Positions 48,231 through 61,431 of a stretch of 64,000 nt of DNA are shown piece by piece. The notes beneath the pieces are model-generated. The model was not told where the DNA came from. It worked only from the letters and a program-made list of their open reading frames with translations, and ran no database searches. Each line of letters opens with the position of its first letter. The first letter of the stretch is position 1. The stretch is from Heteronotia binoei (taxonomy: Eukaryota). The translations under genes were made by a program, and so were the position numbers. The stretch is from contig NC_083227.1 of NCBI RefSeq assembly GCF_032191835.1, positions 39,246,001 to 39,310,000 on the forward strand. The letters run 5' to 3'.

Positions 48231-50654
48231 ACAGTGGGAGGAGCTTGCATAAGGTACGCTAGCTGTAATATTCCTGAGAAGAGACAATTGAAACACATAT
48301 TCATGGGTAACGGGTTAGAAGGAAAGGGTGGGGGTGAAGATTTCCTGGTAGGCCCAGAAACAGTATTGCCAAACATGAGAGAAATCTTGTACATGGGCGG
48401 AAATAACAAGGTCCCTGGCTCTTTTCCACACAGAGAAGAATTTGGTGATGGGCACACTTAGCTCAGTGTCAGAACATCTGCTCTGCATGCAGAAAGGTAC
48501 AGGTTAAATCCCTGACATTTTGACTTGAAAGCCTGTTTAACCAGCCAGGGACCAAAGTCGAGTCTCAAAATCCACTTGCAGGTTTGAACTATAGTTCAGT
48601 TTGACTTGTATCCTGCCCTTCCCACAAATGGGCTCAAGGTAGGCTTCAATATTAATTATAAGTAGAGTTGCCAGGTCTGACTAAGGAAATATCTGGGGAT
48701 TTTGGGGGTGGAGCCAGGAGGCTTTGGGAGTGGATCCAGAAGCCATGTATAACTGTTGTGATTAACCATTTATCACCCACCTTTCTCACTGAAAATCAAA
48801 CTGGATTACAAAATATTAAAAATGCTTCAGCCAAACTGCAAAGATCTCAAACAAACAAAACAATGCACTGAAGCCAGGAAAGAAGAACTAGAAAACAATG
48901 CAAGCAATTAAAACAAAAAAAAAATCTTAAGGATACAAAAGAGTTCAAACAGGGAACGATCTGTCTGAAGTTAAACATACCATCCTAAGGACAGGGTTAC
49001 AAAGAAAAAAGACATTGAATTCCAGGAAAAATGGTGGTGGTGGTGATACGTACAATAAACACAGCAATATGTTGTAATACTATCCTATATAGATGCAACT
49101 TCACATGCTATAATACTATCCTTTGTAGAAGCAACCTCTTGAGCTGTGATCCATTATACTGTCCTTCTGATCCCTTTATAAGAATGTCCTTCTGAACACT
49201 TCTGTTTTGCGCAGTGTGGGAAACAAAGTAGTGTAGAAGCAGGAGTCAGAGTAGAGGGACCATTCTGTGCTGGAGAATCAAGTAGATAGTATTGAACTAA
49301 ATGGCCATCTAATCCAAACCCCTGCTCAATGCAAGAGCAGCCTAGAGCATCCCTGACAAGCCTTGGTATAAGGCAACTTCATATGTTTTTCATTTATATA
49401 TGCAAGTTAGGGATGGGCAGGGCTTTTACATGATGACATAGGGGATTTGTGATTATTCTCACACAGTGGGGAGGACTTAAGATTCACAGTTCAAGACTTG
49501 CCACTCTCCAGGTGGAGATAGGAGGTATCCCAGAATTACAACTGATTTCCAGATGAAAATGATTAGTTCCCTGAGAAAATGACTGCATTGGAAGTCAGAC
49601 TATGGCATTATACTCTGCTAAGATCCTTCCCCTCCAATAGGAGTGACGTTTGGCTTTTGGAGATGTTTGTGCGTCCATCCACTGATGATAAGAAAGTCCT
49701 GACTCTATTGGGGGGTGGGGGGGGGAGGAACCCAACCCAACCCAACCCAACCCAACCCACCCCACCCCAACCCACTCTTCCACTGGCTGTCAAATTGACC
49801 ACTCTACCTGCTGAGCTAGGCTTCCCATCAGCTTCCCCAAACTGATTGATCTTTCTGAGACTATAGTTTGCAATAGATTTTTAAATCAGTAAATTTTGGA
49901 GGCCACAAATGACATTCTGTTTAGCAGCTAAGAATGCACTCTTATATGGGACCCAGGCCCATAGTTATGGTGGGGCCCCAAGGTCCTGGCCCCACCAATT
50001 TCTCTCCAATCCCAGGTTCCCAGCCCCACCAGGCACAGTCCCCCATTGCCTCTGAGTCTTGTGCACTGCTCACAACCACCATCAAGCCTCGCGCTGCTGC
50101 CTTCTCTGTTCTCTTGCTTTTTAAAAGCACCTGGCCTGCAGGCAGACCTCCAGTCCCAATACTGCCCTCTCCAGAAGCCAAGCCCTGTGCACAAGGATCC
50201 TTCAATGCAATGCTGCTTCTTCCTCTGCTCCGCCTCACCTGCCTCCTCTAGTTGGCCAGCAAAAGCCACCCTAAAAGTTTGGAGTCCAAACACGTGCAGC
50301 TGCAGCTGCTGTTGCTGTAAACTGGCTAGTCAAGCACCTCCAATTTCTGGTCGCCTCCTCCATCCCTCAGATTTCCAACATAAGAGTTTTGGAGGGGAGC
50401 TCTAAAATATTCCTTAATTGCTTATGTTTCTGGAAACATCATTTCCTGAAAAGGTGCTTCTATGAAACAAATTCCCTGATAAGTTGCTATGGGAGCAGAG
50501 GCCATCAGTTGCCCACTATACGGCCTTGGTAGCACTTGTAATGGTGAACACTGTGAGGTCATGTGCTGAGGTAGAGTTTGAACAGTGTGTGGTGTGATAT
50601 GTTGGATCAAGCATGGGTGGGAAGCCATACGTTACTGGGCTTGGGGAACCCAAG

Positions 50655-51130
50655 ATTCAAATTCATTACTATGTTAGGTTTTGTAGATGCCACTTTAGAA
50701 GTCCAGGACAAAACGAGCTCCTTAAAGGCCAACAAAAGGCTAACAGTTCATGGACTCTAGCCTGCTGGTCTTTAAAGGGCTTGGAGACTTCCACCCCTCC
50801 TTGCAATATGATTTCTACATAAATGTTAGATAGAGACGATATTCCAGTTATCACAAAATAAGTAGTTCAGTTATCGCAAAATAAGTAGTTATCACAATTC
50901 AAATTCATTACTATGTTAGGTTTTGTAGATGCCACTTTAGAAGTCCAGGACAAACGAGCTCCTTAAAGGCCAACAAAAGGCTAACAGTTCATGGACTCTA
51001 CCCTGCTGGTCTTTAAAGGGCTTGGAGACTTCCACCCCTCCTTGCAATATGATTTCTACATAAATGTTAGATAGAGACGATATTCCAGTTATCACAAAAT
51101 AAGTAGTTCAGTTATCACAAAATAAGTAGT
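50655..51130. repeat. Near-perfect 242-bp tandem duplication
   Basis: attcaaattcattactatg starts at 50655 and 50897; single copy in the paralogous spacer at ~38095. Confidence 0.9.
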
Positions 51131-51571
51131 TGTAATGAGATGATTATACCATACCCATTTGAAGGACTGGAGATTTCCCAGACTCGCAAGTAATCTTCAG
51201 TGGACAAAGACGAGTTATCCTGCAGGAAATGGCTGCTTTGGAGGGTAGACTCAATGGCATTATACCCTGTTTCTGCCCCTTCCCAAGCCCTGCTCTCAGG
51301 CTCCAATTTTAAATTTCCAGGGATTTCCAGATCTGGAGCTGGCCACCATAGCTCTGAACTACTTATTTTGTGAGTGTTAGCCTCACTGGCTAAGCAGCAT
51401 CACAGGCTTCAAAAGGGTCTGTTAGAGACAAATCCCGGCAAAGTAGCAAACTGTCTACAATAGCATAATAGTTACAAGTGAGTTCTGTGTTTAACTTTGC
51501 ATAAGAAACTAGGCAGGAACTTTCAGCAACTTAATTATCTTTATTTGGCAAAATAATAAATAATAGAAGCA

Positions 51572-52290
51572 GCTAGTGCAGAATGTGGTAGCACGGCTGT
51601 TAACTGCATTGCCTTTATGGGCAAGCATTCAGCCAGTACTGTGCCAGCTGCACCGGCTACCTATCCGCTTCAAGGTTTTGGTACTGACATTTAAAGCCTT
51701 ACGTGGTCTGGGACCAACATACCTGAGGGACTGCCTTACCCCATATACGCCCCAGAGCTCATTGTGATCGTCTACGCAACACCTCCTGACCACCCCTGGC
51801 CCTAAGGATGTCCGTCTTGCCTCAACCAGGGCCAGGGCCTTTTCGACCCTGGCCCCTGCCTGGTGGAATCAGTTCCCTGTGGAGATCCGGGCCCTACCCA
51901 AATTACTGCCATTTCGTAGGTCCTGTAAAATGGAGCTGGGCCTATGGTTGAGGAAGCGGGTGTCCCATTAGTCCATCATTTGGCCTCCTTTGTGGTGATA
52001 TTGTGCTATCCATCATTTAATCTGGGCCTAAAACTGATTATTATTATTAATAATAATACTAATAATAATTTATATCCTGCCCTCCCCGCCGAAGCAGGCT
52101 CTGATTACTTGATATGCTGTGTCCTGTCCGCCGGTGGTGCGTTTTATTTATTCCTTTTATTGTTTAATTTTAATGTGGTGTTTTAATTTCGATCTGTAGG
52201 CTTTTTATGGTTATTTTATATGTTGTGATCCGCCTTGAGCCCATCTATGGGATAGGGCGGAATATAAGCCCACAAAATAAATAAATAAAC
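51572..52290 (+). mobile_element. L2 LINE 3' fragment
   Basis: VQNVVARLL...LHRLP...FKVLVLTFKAL ORF2 C-terminus and (TAAA)n tail; absent in paralogous spacers. Confidence 0.8.
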
Positions 52291-52388
52291 AAACTCAGAA
52301 ACCACTGAAAGACTGCATGCAAGGAAATTCAACTCCCTGAACATTTATCTAGCAAGACTGAATAAATGAATTTCAAATAACTATCTTA

Positions 52389-53163
52389 GGGTGCAGTCAG
52401 ACGTACCATTAGGGGCGACACAGCTCCGTCTCGCTGATGGATTAAATATGTTTGTCCAGACATCCACATCTGGCAATCGAGCGTCATCCAGGGTCATCCC
52501 GGCTTGCTGAGGATCAATGCTGCATTAATTTGATAGCGCAGAAAGAAGCTTTTTCAAAGAAGCGGCACAAGATCGTTTTTTTTTCTGTTTGGACAGCTCA
52601 TGCGCGATACTGCCCCTTGGAATATTTACCACCCCTCCCACTTTTTTTTTAAAAAAAAGCCCCAGCAGACATGCGCATTGCCAGATCATCCGGGAATCTG
52701 AGGTGACGCTTCTACTTCTCCAATCAACACAGGATCGGGGGGGGGGGGGCGTTATCCCACTATTCAGAACAGGAAAAAAATCTTTTTTTTTCAATGTGGA
52801 GGATTTCCAGATATCATTGTCACTGCCAATTTCTAGGAAAGTAATTCTTGGCAGTTCCCTGGTTTGAATCGGCAACGTTCATTCCGGAAACTTTCCCTCC
52901 TCCCCCCCCCCTGCCTCTGAAACAATGTTTGATTTCCCACCTCCAAACAGTTGGGCGCATGTTCAGTGGACCTCCCCATCCCAGAAATCACCATCTGATC
53001 ATGCATGTGCCAAGAAAAGAGCGTATTGAATGTCTGATTGCTCAACAAAAGAATGAGTCACATTCTTGGATGCTCATCTGATCGGCCCTGCATCAAATCA
53101 ATATTCATCGGTTCAAATTTGAGCGCTACACACCTGCTTTTAATGTGACGGGTGACTGCACCC
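52389..53163. mobile_element. PIF/Harbinger non-autonomous element (775 bp)
   Basis: TIR GGGTGCAGTCA, TSD TTA; empty sites atcttagaatg at ~19020 and ~38870. Confidence 0.85.
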
Positions 53164-53774
53164 TTAGAATATTTTAAAAGCTTAGGAAACTCAATACATA
53201 CACATAGCAAAATCCCATCTAAGTAATTTCTTTGACACAATTCACAGAAACCTGAGTAATTCCTCCATGTGGCACTTTGTATAGGGAAAGTGACACCTAT
53301 CGTCTTAATTTTTAAAACAATTTTTATCATGTGATGACTCTATGGATAAGTGATTGGTGCTCAATAGGATTTAATACTGAATCAATCAAATGCATATGGG
53401 CTAAGATTATATCTGATAATCCTCAGTAATTGTTCCAACAAGATTGCAAAGGCTACAGTTAGACTTTTTGATTAAAAGACAAGAATTCTTCTTTCTTCAG
53501 CATCATTAATTTGCTATCAAAGATAAAAGGTCCTGTTCTTTTCCTGACGGGCTGGTGAACTCTCTACAAAGGCTGTGAAAAGTACACAAGAACATTTATG
53601 TAGCTTGTGTATCATGACATCCTAACTCCAATGGCCCAGGCTAGCCTGATCTCAGAAGCTAAGCAGGATCAGTCCTGATTAGTATTTGGATGGGAGACTA
53701 CCAAGGAAGTTCAAGGATTGCTACATAGAGATAGGCAGTGGCAAACTATCTCTCCCATCCAAAGACAGCTCTAC

Positions 53775-54050
53775 AAGAGTCAGTCTGGTGTAGTGGTTAA
53801 GTATGCAGACTCTTATCTGGGAGAACCAGGTTTGATTCCCCATGCCTCCACTTGCAGCTGCTGGAATGGCCTTGGGACAGCCATAGCTGTCATAAAGCTG
53901 TCCATGAAAGGGCAGCTTCTGTTAGATTTCTCTCAGCCTCACCTACCTCACAGGGTGTATGTCATGGAGCAAGAAGGTAATGAGATTGTAGGCTGCTCTG
54001 AGACTCAGAGTAAAGGACGGGGTATAAATCCAATATAATCATATTGTCCT
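53775..54050 (+). mobile_element. Squam3-like SINE inserted in a 5S-derived SINE
   Basis: Same head and body as 34041; the 5S-SINE tail resumes at ~54060. Confidence 0.75.
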
Positions 54051-54329
54051 CCTCTCAGCATCTTCTGCTATCAAAATGCCATAGGGTAGCCATAACTTGG
54101 GTGCAAGTTGATGGTACTTTCCACCAGTTATCCAGTTGTTAAAGGCAAATCCTGTTTATGTTTAAAGTCCATCTTTCTCTACTAAGGAACATGTAGATTT
54201 AGTTCTTCTCATGTTCAAGGCACCCCTCAGGCTGGCTTTAACTGTGTCTTGTGGGATAACTTCCCAGGGGGAATGACTGTGGCTCACTGGCAGAGGATCT
54301 GCTTGGAATGCAGAAGGTCCCGGGGGACA

Positions 54330-55170
54330 GGGGGTCAAATAGGTACCCTCTGGTATGTGGAGTTACTCAGGGGGCAATCCCCTTTCCAATGTTATTCAAC
54401 ATGTGTATGTGCCCCCTTGCCCAACTGGTGTGGAGACTCAGGCTGGGATGCCACCAATATCTTTTGATGGGTGGTTGGTTGGATACCACCCCAGTAAATC
54501 TGGTGGAGGGTTGGAGGCTGTGGTGGGATGGCTGAAACAGAGCTGGCTGAAACAGAATCCTTTTAACACTGAGGTTCTGGGTGTGATTCTAGATGCTTCC
54601 CTAACAATGGAGGCTCAGGTCACTAATGTTACCAGACTAGTATTCTTCCAACTGTGCCAGGTCAGGAAACTGGCTCATGAACTGTCTTACCCTAAGCTAG
54701 CCGCAGTAATCCATGCAATGGTAATCTCCAGAATGGACTAATGTAGCTCATTCTACATGGGCCTACTCTTGAAGCTGACCTGGAAACACCAACTAGAACA
54801 TAATGTGGCTGGGCAGATCCTCAGCACACATCCATCCTGTGCTGTGTGAGCTGCACTAGCTTCGAGTGGAGTACCAGATTAGGTGCAGGGTCTTGGTGTT
54901 GACCTTTAAGGGCCTTAATAATCTGGAACGTATCTATCTTTGTGACCACCTCTCCTGGTATAACCCCCCGCAGGAGAGCATAACACTCAGTAGGCCAAAA
55001 TCTGGCCTGAGAAATGTCTGTTTGTCCTCGACTGGAGCCAGGGCATTTTTCATCCTGGCTCCAATGTGGTGGAACTCTGGGCTGGAAAACATCTGTGCCC
55101 TGTGGAGATGATGCAGTTCTGCAGGGCCTCTAAGGCAGAGATGTTTCACCAGGTGTTTGGTTGAGGACAG
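54330..55170 (+). mobile_element. Old L2 LINE 3' fragment
   Basis: GVTQG...LGVILDASL...RVLVLTFKGL...FFILAP motifs running to a stop near 55163. Confidence 0.75.
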
Positions 55171-55196
55171 CAATGGTTTCATCTTTCAAGCATTCC

Positions 55197-56955
55197 CTGA
55201 AAGGGAAACATCCTGAAGTAGTTACCCCTCCTTCAAAAAAGGAAAAAAGAGGCCATTTCCCCCTTCTAACTCATCCCTTGTTTCTGAGGGTCAGATATCT
55301 CATGAGTCTGAGGAACAGGAAGGCAAATAGAATAAGTACAGTGGACTTGGTGAACATTCTAGGTGCTAATGAGAGAATTTATTTATTTAGATGTCTATGT
55401 TACTCCTGCTTTGCATTTTTCCTAGCATTATTGCTTTTTCCATTGACTCTTGTCTTCTCAAACTGTGACCCAAGTACAATAATCTGGTCTGGTCTATACA
55501 TTCCACAGAATGGAGAGGCAGAATCCAGAGGGGCTAAAACTGATTATGCCACTTCAGAATCTAAATGTGGGTTCCCCCCCAGTTTTATTTATTTTCAATA
55601 TTTAGGATATGAAACATGTAGAGGTCTTAGCAGGGGTCATTTTGTAGAAAAAGAGATGTCAAAGCTCATTAGCGCAACTCATGTGCATATACCACACACC
55701 TTTGACATCACCAGATGGTGTACTAAATTATATCAGCTCAGCATCTACCTTAAAATGCTTTTTGAATTATGATTGTCATAATAAAACCTTAAGTCCCATC
55801 ATACTTTCACAATTACTTTCTCCTATGTGGCCACAGTGGCATGATGAACATTTCCATCTTTTTGATTTCTGTGTTTTGTTTATTTCTCCATATTTTGTTG
55901 GGAAAATATTAGAAAGTTTGTAGAATCTTTTGTTGTTGTTCAGTTGCACAGTCGAGTCCGACTCTTTGCGACCCCATGGACAAAGTCACACCAGGCCCTC
56001 CTGTCTTCCACCATCCTCTGAAGTCTACTCAAATTCGTGTTTGTTACATCAGTAACACTGTCCAGCCATCTCATTGTTTGCCGTCCTCTTCCTTTTGCCT
56101 TCTGTCTTTCTGTTGAATCTTAGAGTTCAGCAAAATTCTCACAGGTTGTTTGAGCAATGGAGCCCAGAAGCAAGTATATGAAGGGTGGTGGTGGTTAAGA
56201 AAGAAAGAGCACAATAAAATTTAGAGGCTCTGGAGCTCCGCTCCTGTGAGATCTTGCCCAAAATGAGGCCTGGGCCATAGTGTGAACAAAAATAATTCTT
56301 CCACTGCATCACTTGTCTCTAGATGGTAGCTACTAACCAGGAGGCAACAGGGATCAGTGTCGATGAGTGAAAGAACATAGTATGACACCAGTGACCAACA
56401 AAAGTTTATTCAAGGTATGAGCTTTTGTGTGCAGGCCCACTTCCTTAGATCCAAAGAAATGGAAGTTAATGTTTTATATGTATAGACAGATGTCTCTACG
56501 TAGGTGAAGAGCAAATTAGCATACAATTTATTGAAGATGTTTTGTCATATGTAAAAACTAAATAGCAGTCTTTGCATGCCATAGCTTCCAGAGAGAGGTG
56601 AGATGCGACATCTTTTCTCCCTTCCTCCCGTTTTTTAGGCAAAAGCTCTGCTTGGCGCAAAATAAGCATTCATGTTACCAAGCCTCCTTTTCCTCTGCTG
56701 CCTGGGGGAAGTGTGAGGGGGCATCTGATGAGGTACACAGCCTCGCAGTCATTGTAGTATACAAGCAGAGGTGGGGAGGTGTACTTCTCTTCTGGGGTAT
56801 AATGGCAGCAAGAGACGGTATTACTGACATTTATTATGTGACTTTGCTGTTATAAATGACAGAAGACAGTTTCAAAATGACACCTGCTGCCCTATATGAA
56901 GCATTGTGCTGGTTGGCTTCCAGAATCAGAGCACTGACAAGAGAAGTGGGACGGC
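55197..56955 (-). pseudogene. Copy E remnant: intron-1 sequence with the exon-2 acceptor but no exons
   Basis: Colinear with copy D 45360-47750; homology ends at the acceptor AG (55197-55198) on one side and before the promoter block on the other. Confidence 0.78.
55930..56111 (-). mobile_element. BovB/RTE LINE 3' end
   Basis: cagtcgagtccgactctttgcgaccccatggac...ccagccatctc, typical of BovB; flanked by a gaatctt duplication and absent in copy D. Confidence 0.8.
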
Positions 56956-57730
56956 TTTGTCAGACAGACAAGAAAGTTTACAAGTGTTGCCCTGAAAACA
57001 TCTGGTAACTGTCAGCTCTGGATCCCCACCGCATGTTGCATGTAACATAATTGCACATGAGTTATGGGTTGTCCTCAATTCCAAAGCATGTGGAGCTTGA
57101 TAAGGATTAAGAGTCAGACTATGACAACACATGTAGAATGGCCTCATCCTTCCCACAGGCACCATTTCCCTAGCCTGAAACAATCACAGGACTGTTGAAG
57201 AACCCCATGTGTATGACTAAGAGAAAATGACTGGCCCAAGGTCACCCAGCAGCAGAATTCCATGAGGATTTGAATCCAGGATTCCTAGATCCAGGTCCAG
57301 CACTCTAACCACTGCATTTTCTGGTTCTGTGAGACCATCTTTAATCCAAAAGCTGACTAGACCCTTCACTTCCTGGGAAAATATCCAGAGGGAATCTGCC
57401 TCACAGAGCTGTTCAGCTCTGACCCAGCCAGCAGTGGTAACAACGGCTCACACATCACCAAGACTTATGCCTGTTATAGCTGCTGCTTGACTTGGCTTCC
57501 CCCCAGGGCCATTTTAAGCTTCCCAGCCCACCACTCATGGGCAAAACAGGGAGACCTTTATCTTAGCAGTGAGAACCCACCACCTTTCTATTCCTTCTTA
57601 CTTTCTCATAGTCAGCTGTCCCCACCACTGTTCCTGTTCCCAACACCAATATCAGGAGGCGTGAGGCAAGATCAGAGAAGAGTGGACAGAGCAACAGACT
57701 GATGGTACAGAAGATGCCAGACAGGAAAAG

Positions 57731-59850
57731 GTTCACAGCTCCTGTCCCTAGGGTTGCCAACAATCTGGATGAAATAAATGTCCTTCCCATTTAATATAGA
57801 TTTTAGTGTGTGTAAATGGGCAGGTAAAGCTTTTCCTGGCATGGAGGTAATTACAGCTTCTATTAAAGAGACAGGGCATTTTTTTTTCTACAGGTGTTTC
57901 TCCGCGGCATCTCTTCTGCGTCCTTTTACTATCCTTTCTGTTACTAAGACACACATGTCCCCCCCCCCCCCCAGGGATGTTCCCTCCCTGGAAAAAGAGG
58001 TGCTGGAACTCTCAAGAAGGAGAAACACACGGGTGCCCTTCATGAACTTTTAAACATTTTTTGAGCATTTTGTGTCCACAAAGAGGTTCTGGAACTCCAT
58101 TTCGTCACATTCCATTAAAAAAACAAAAAGCCCTGTCTACACACATGCTGTTTAGCAGACACCTGAAAAGAAACAGTCTCTTCTGTCTCGCCTAGTCAGA
58201 GGTGCTGTTTTGGACTTAATGGAGTTATGAGGCCTTCCCTTCAGGCTGTGAGGCATGCTTCCCAAATTAGGGGCGGTGGGGTGTGTGTGTGTGTGCTAAG
58301 CTTGCAAACCAGGGCCCTAGAAGCTCCCGCTGCCAAGTCAGCTTCCTATGGCACCACTGTTTCTAGTTGGTCTCTGAGCTATTTTGAATCCCTGATATAG
58401 GGAGGGGCAGATGTAACAAACTCACCATTTGTGTCCATGATGCAGTTGGGGGTGGGGGGGTTGCAGTTCTCAACCCAAGTTGCAGCCCAGTTTGGGAAGG
58501 TATGGACCTGGTAGATTGTCTTCTGTTCTGCAATTACTGGTGTAGGAGCACACTCTGCACTACTAGTTATATGCTGCAGGTAGTTGCCAAGTCCACTGAT
58601 AGCCGTGAACGTTGCCATATCACTTGTGACTGTGGGACTGCAGCATCAGGGCTGAAGGCTCAGAAAAACAAGCACTGGATTAAAGTCCAGGCAATTCCTC
58701 AGATAAAAGGATTTCTCCGCTGCAGATTTCTCTCCATCCTACATTTATACCTCTTGAGATGTCAATTAGAATTGATGAAGGCACTGAGGACAGGCTGGGC
58801 CCTCTCCAGGGCTTAGCCCTATACATTTTTAGGGCAGCGTTCACAGCTCCTGTCCCTAGGGTTGCCACCAATCTGGATGAAATAAATGTCCTTCTCATTT
58901 AATATAGATTTTAATGTGTGTAAATGGGCAGGTAAAGCTTTTCCTGGCATGGAGGTAATTACAGCCTCTATTAAAGAGACAGGGCATTTTTTTTCTACAG
59001 GTGTTTCTCCAGGGCATCTCTTCTGTGTCCTTTTACTGTCTCTTCTGTGCCTCTCTGTTACTAAGACACACATGTTTCTCACACACACAGGGCTTCCCCC
59101 CCCCTCCGGAAAAAGAGGTGCTGAAGCTCTTAAGAGGGCAATGAAGGAGAAACACATGGGTGCCCCTCATGAACTTTTAAACATTTTTTGAGCATTTTGT
59201 TTCCACAAAGAGGTCACGGAACTCTGTTCCACACATTCCACCAAATTAAAAAAGCCCTGCCTGCACACATATTGCTTTATATACCAATGCAGCAGACACC
59301 TGAAAAGGAACAGTGCCTTCCATTTCACCTAGTCAATGGTGCAGTTTTGGACTTAATGGTGTTGTGGGGGCTTCCCTTTAGACATTGAGGCATGCTCTCC
59401 ATGAAGCAGTGGGAGGAGAGGGATGCTAAGCTTGCAAACGTGGGCCCCAGAAGCTCCCACTGCCAAGTCAATCTCCTACGGCACCACTGTTTCTAGTTGG
59501 TCCCTCAGTCACTTTGAAACCCTGAGATGGAGGGTGCAGATGTGACAAACTCATCATTTGTGTCCATGATGCAGTTGGGAGGGGGGGTCGCCCCCAAGAT
59601 GCAGCCCAGTTTGGGAAAGTATGGACCTGGTAGATTGTCCTCTGTTCTGCATTTACTGGTGTAGGAGCAAACTCTGCACTAGTTGCCTGCAGTTAGTTGC
59701 CAAGTCCACTGATAGCTGTGAACGTTGCCATATCACTTGTGACTGTGGGACTGCAGTGTCAAGGCTGAAGGCTCAGAAAAACAAGCACTGGATTAAAGTC
59801 CAGGCAATTCCTCAGATAAAAGGATTTCTCAGCTGCAGACTGTTCTCTCA
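57731..59850. repeat. Diverged ~1.1-kb tandem duplication containing a hAT end
   Basis: tcacagctcctgtccctagggttgcca at ~57735 and ~58841; units colinear to ataaaaggatttctc. Confidence 0.85.
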
Positions 59851-61148
59851 TATTAACAGTTTATTGAATTGAAATCTATGGTGGACAGTAATACAAATTA
59901 TCTGCCACATAATTCTATCAATCTACTATACTGTTCACCCGCAATATACATAGAAAACTTTCTCCAATTAATCCACATACAATTAATACACTATATATTA
60001 GCTAAGAGTCATTTTCTATTCTGAATCTTATTATCTTATGTCACCCATTTCCTCTGGACCATTCAGATTGCAATCCTAAAGAGAGTTACTCCAGTCTAAG
60101 CCTATTCATTTCAATGGGCTTAGAACGGAATAACACTTCTTAGGACCGCACTGTCAGTTTCCTAATTTCATTTTATCCTAATCACCATACTAACAATCAT
60201 CATATCAACCTATTTACTTTCATGTCTTCCAGATTAAACTCCCTCCACTAACTATCTATTATCACTTTTGTTCCAAGAAGTCAGCTTCACCTATATACAA
60301 CCCCCTCCCCAAAACATAAAAAAGCAAACCAAACGGTTGCCTCTCATGCTGGAGCCGAGAGAACTCAGAGAGAGTTCCATTAGAGACTGTTCTCCATCCT
60401 GCATTTAGACGTCTTGAGATGCCAATAAGAAATGATTAAGGCAGGCTTAGCCCTGTACATTTTCAGAACAGAGTTTAGCTCAGCAAAGAGAACCAGTATG
60501 GTGAATTAAGGGTCTTGAGAAATCCTGGTTCAGATTTACCACACTGCTACAAATTCACTGAGTGGCCTTGTTACAAGTGCTTTCCTCTTACCCTAACGTA
60601 CAGAATTTATTCAGCTCCCTGGAGGGGTGCTGTTCGCCATGGGGGCCCATCATACATGCCAGACATTCCCTCTCTGCTGGCTGTCCTACCCACCCTTGCT
60701 CTGGAACCAGAGGGAGAACAGCAGGAGGGAGTCAGAAATGATATTGTGCTGCTTCTTGTTGTCATGTTTGGACAAAAACCTGCATGCAACATCGGCATGT
60801 TCAGGGTTTTTTCCTGGTTGTGACATTGTCATGTAGAGCAACATCATGTGTTATGTTCACCCCTTGCCCTGATCCCAAAGCTCCCAGGAGTGCCCAGCAG
60901 CCTGGCATGACTGGAGGTAATTTATTTAAACATGTATATCCTGCCTTTCCTTGTGATTCAAAGTGGCTTACAATTGTAATTATAAAAGCTTTCGATTCCA
61001 ACCAAAAATAAAACAGGAAACCCCAAATCTCTCTGCCTCCCTCCCCCTTAGAAATGCCTGCTATTCCAACCCCCTCAAAAGCCCTGCCAAACAAACAGTC
61101 CTTGGAGCAGCTCTTGAAGATATCCAAGTAGGGGGGGGCCCTCTCCAG

Positions 61149-61431
61149 TAGGGTTGCCATTCCCCAGTTTTGGGGACTTCTGCCTGTTGTTCGCCAACTG
61201 GCCCATAGGGGAAACCCTGCCCCCAAACAATGACATCACCAGGGGACATCCCAACACGACATCACCTGGAAGTGATGTCCTCATGTCAGGGATGTCATGT
61301 GGTGATGCTCTGGTTTTTGGGCAAAACTCTATGGTTTGATGCCAACTTTACCACTGAGTTTTGTCCACAAACCAGAGCGTCACCCTTGACATCAATGATA
61401 TGATGATGTCACCTGGAGGCTGGCAACCCTT
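61149..61431. mobile_element. Non-autonomous hAT (Blackjack-like) element
   Basis: tagggttgcca / tggcaaccctt ends; TSD poorly preserved. Confidence 0.6.

Noticed and set aside
50840-51130. CRISPR-like short repeats
   Set aside because: Eukaryotic context; the ~22-bp units are directly tandem with no unique spacers.
58379-58618. Novel small protein in the 1.1-kb duplication
   Set aside because: The second copy has in-frame stops early in the same frame, and there is no recognisable motif.
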